A stretch of DNA of 64,000 bases from a virus. The position numbers were made by a program, and so were the translations under genes. Each line of letters starts with the position of its first letter. Position 1 is the stretch's first letter. This document shows positions 63,189-64,000 of this stretch, in pieces. The notes under the pieces are model-generated. The model did no database searches. It was not told the DNA's origin and saw only the letters and a program-made list of their open reading frames with translations. Location of the stretch: the IMG/VR virus record IMGVR_UViG_3300025110_000007, positions 1 through 64,000 of that record; one strand, 5' to 3'.

Positions 63189-63216
63189 TACCCCACGATA
63201 GACCTGTCATACTATA

Positions 63217-64000
63217 TCAAGAGGTATGATACACGGCTTTCTCGTCTGTGAGTTCTAAATCGGGGCTCAGTGTGCCGTTTTCCTTGACTTCTTTTTTGTC
63301 TTCGGCCTCCTCCTTCTTATCTCGCTCGACATCACGCACATCGTAATCGGGCATGGTTTTGTTATCGGTGATGTTCGTAGGGCCACTGGGTGACTCGATA
63401 GGTGTGGCGTAATCGATACCAAGTCCTTTCGTACCAGAATTAGATGCGCCCACTGCACCTACACCGCTCTTAGCGAGCAAACGCATGGCGACCTCAAGTC
63501 CCTTGACCATGACTGCTTTCTTTTTCCAGTCGGTACCTTTGACCTTCTTTGGTTCAATCAGCGGCTCGGCATCATCTTCTGATTCGTGAACCTCTGCCTT
63601 CTCTTCGATTTCCATGTTGGCTTTCAACAAGATACCAACGATTGGTGACCAGAATGGTCGCTGACTTTCAGAAAGCCGAATCAAATAACCGTTATCACTG
63701 CGTGGTGTATGAACAGACCAGCCTGCTTGTGTCTGTGTGGCTTTGTACAGAACAGACCCTTGTTCCATCTGAATGTGAACATTGCTTCCCTTTCTGAAAA
63801 TTTCAACGCCGTGCTGGTATGGTTCGGCCTTAGCCAAAATTCCAAGAGAATCACTGCTGACCAGAGGCTCGCCTTCCGCCTCACCTTCAATCTTGGATGC
63901 GTGTACAGTGAACAACTTCTGCTGTTCTGACGCCTGTGTTTCTGTGACATTGGTCACATCGACCTTCACCAAGTCACCGACATTGTATTTGTCTTCGCTT
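63217..64000 (-). CDS. C-terminal part of a large protein running off the window (possibly OB-fold/ligase-related head-block protein)
   Basis: Frame open to the window edge (SEDKYNVGDLVKVDV...); function is a guess. Confidence 0.5.
   Translation of the reverse strand, partial: SEDKYNVGDLVKVDVTNVTETQASEQQKLFTVHASKIEGEAEGEPLVSSDSLGILAKAEPYQHGVEIFRKGSNVHIQMEQGSVLYKATQTQAGWSVHTPRSDNGYLIRLSESQRPFWSPIVGILLKANMEIEEKAEVHESEDDAEPLIEPKKVKGTDWKKKAVMVKGLEVAMRLLAKSGVGAVGASNSGTKGLGIDYATPIESPSGPTNITDNKTMPDYDVRDVERDKKEEAEDKKEVKENGTLSPDLELTDEKAVYHTS

Noticed and set aside
1-64000. tRNA or rRNA genes, transposases, inteins
   Set aside because: None recognised by eye; intergenic gaps are short and PolB and the helicase are of compact length. 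A tRNAscan/Infernal run would be needed to exclude RNA genes.

Overview
A 64-kb segment of an archaeal head-tail (HK97-lineage) virus. The gene content (archaeal-type PolB, PCNA, RFC, MCM-like helicase, fused PriS-PriL primase, ERCC4 nuclease, group II chaperonin, GGAGGTGA Shine-Dalgarno sites, TATA-like promoters) best fits a magrovirus (virus of Marine Group II archaea, Poseidoniales); this is inferred from gene content, not from a database search. Two convergent blocks meet at about 26.6 kb. The + strand block (1-26.6 kb) holds early/accessory microgenes and replication genes. The - strand block (26.6-64 kb) holds morphogenesis genes (prohead protease, major capsid protein, neck, tail tube, chaperones, a very short tape-measure-like protein, two Dit-like paralogs, a 5168-aa virion protein) and an HMG-CoA lyase-like metabolic gene. 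The most notable unexplained structures are: (1) a tandem array of unrelated microgenes joined by a near-identical 16-bp junction GGAGGTGACGGC(A/G)TGA that is at once SD, C-terminal EVTA codons, stop and next start; (2) a shared N-terminal [DN]xAWxxLK leader on four unrelated late-strand proteins, resembling Lys-cleavage-like sites in the head proteins; (3) a ligase-like protein lacking the catalytic KxDG motif; (4) a 154-aa tape-measure-like gene. I recognised no tRNA, rRNA or CRISPR array.
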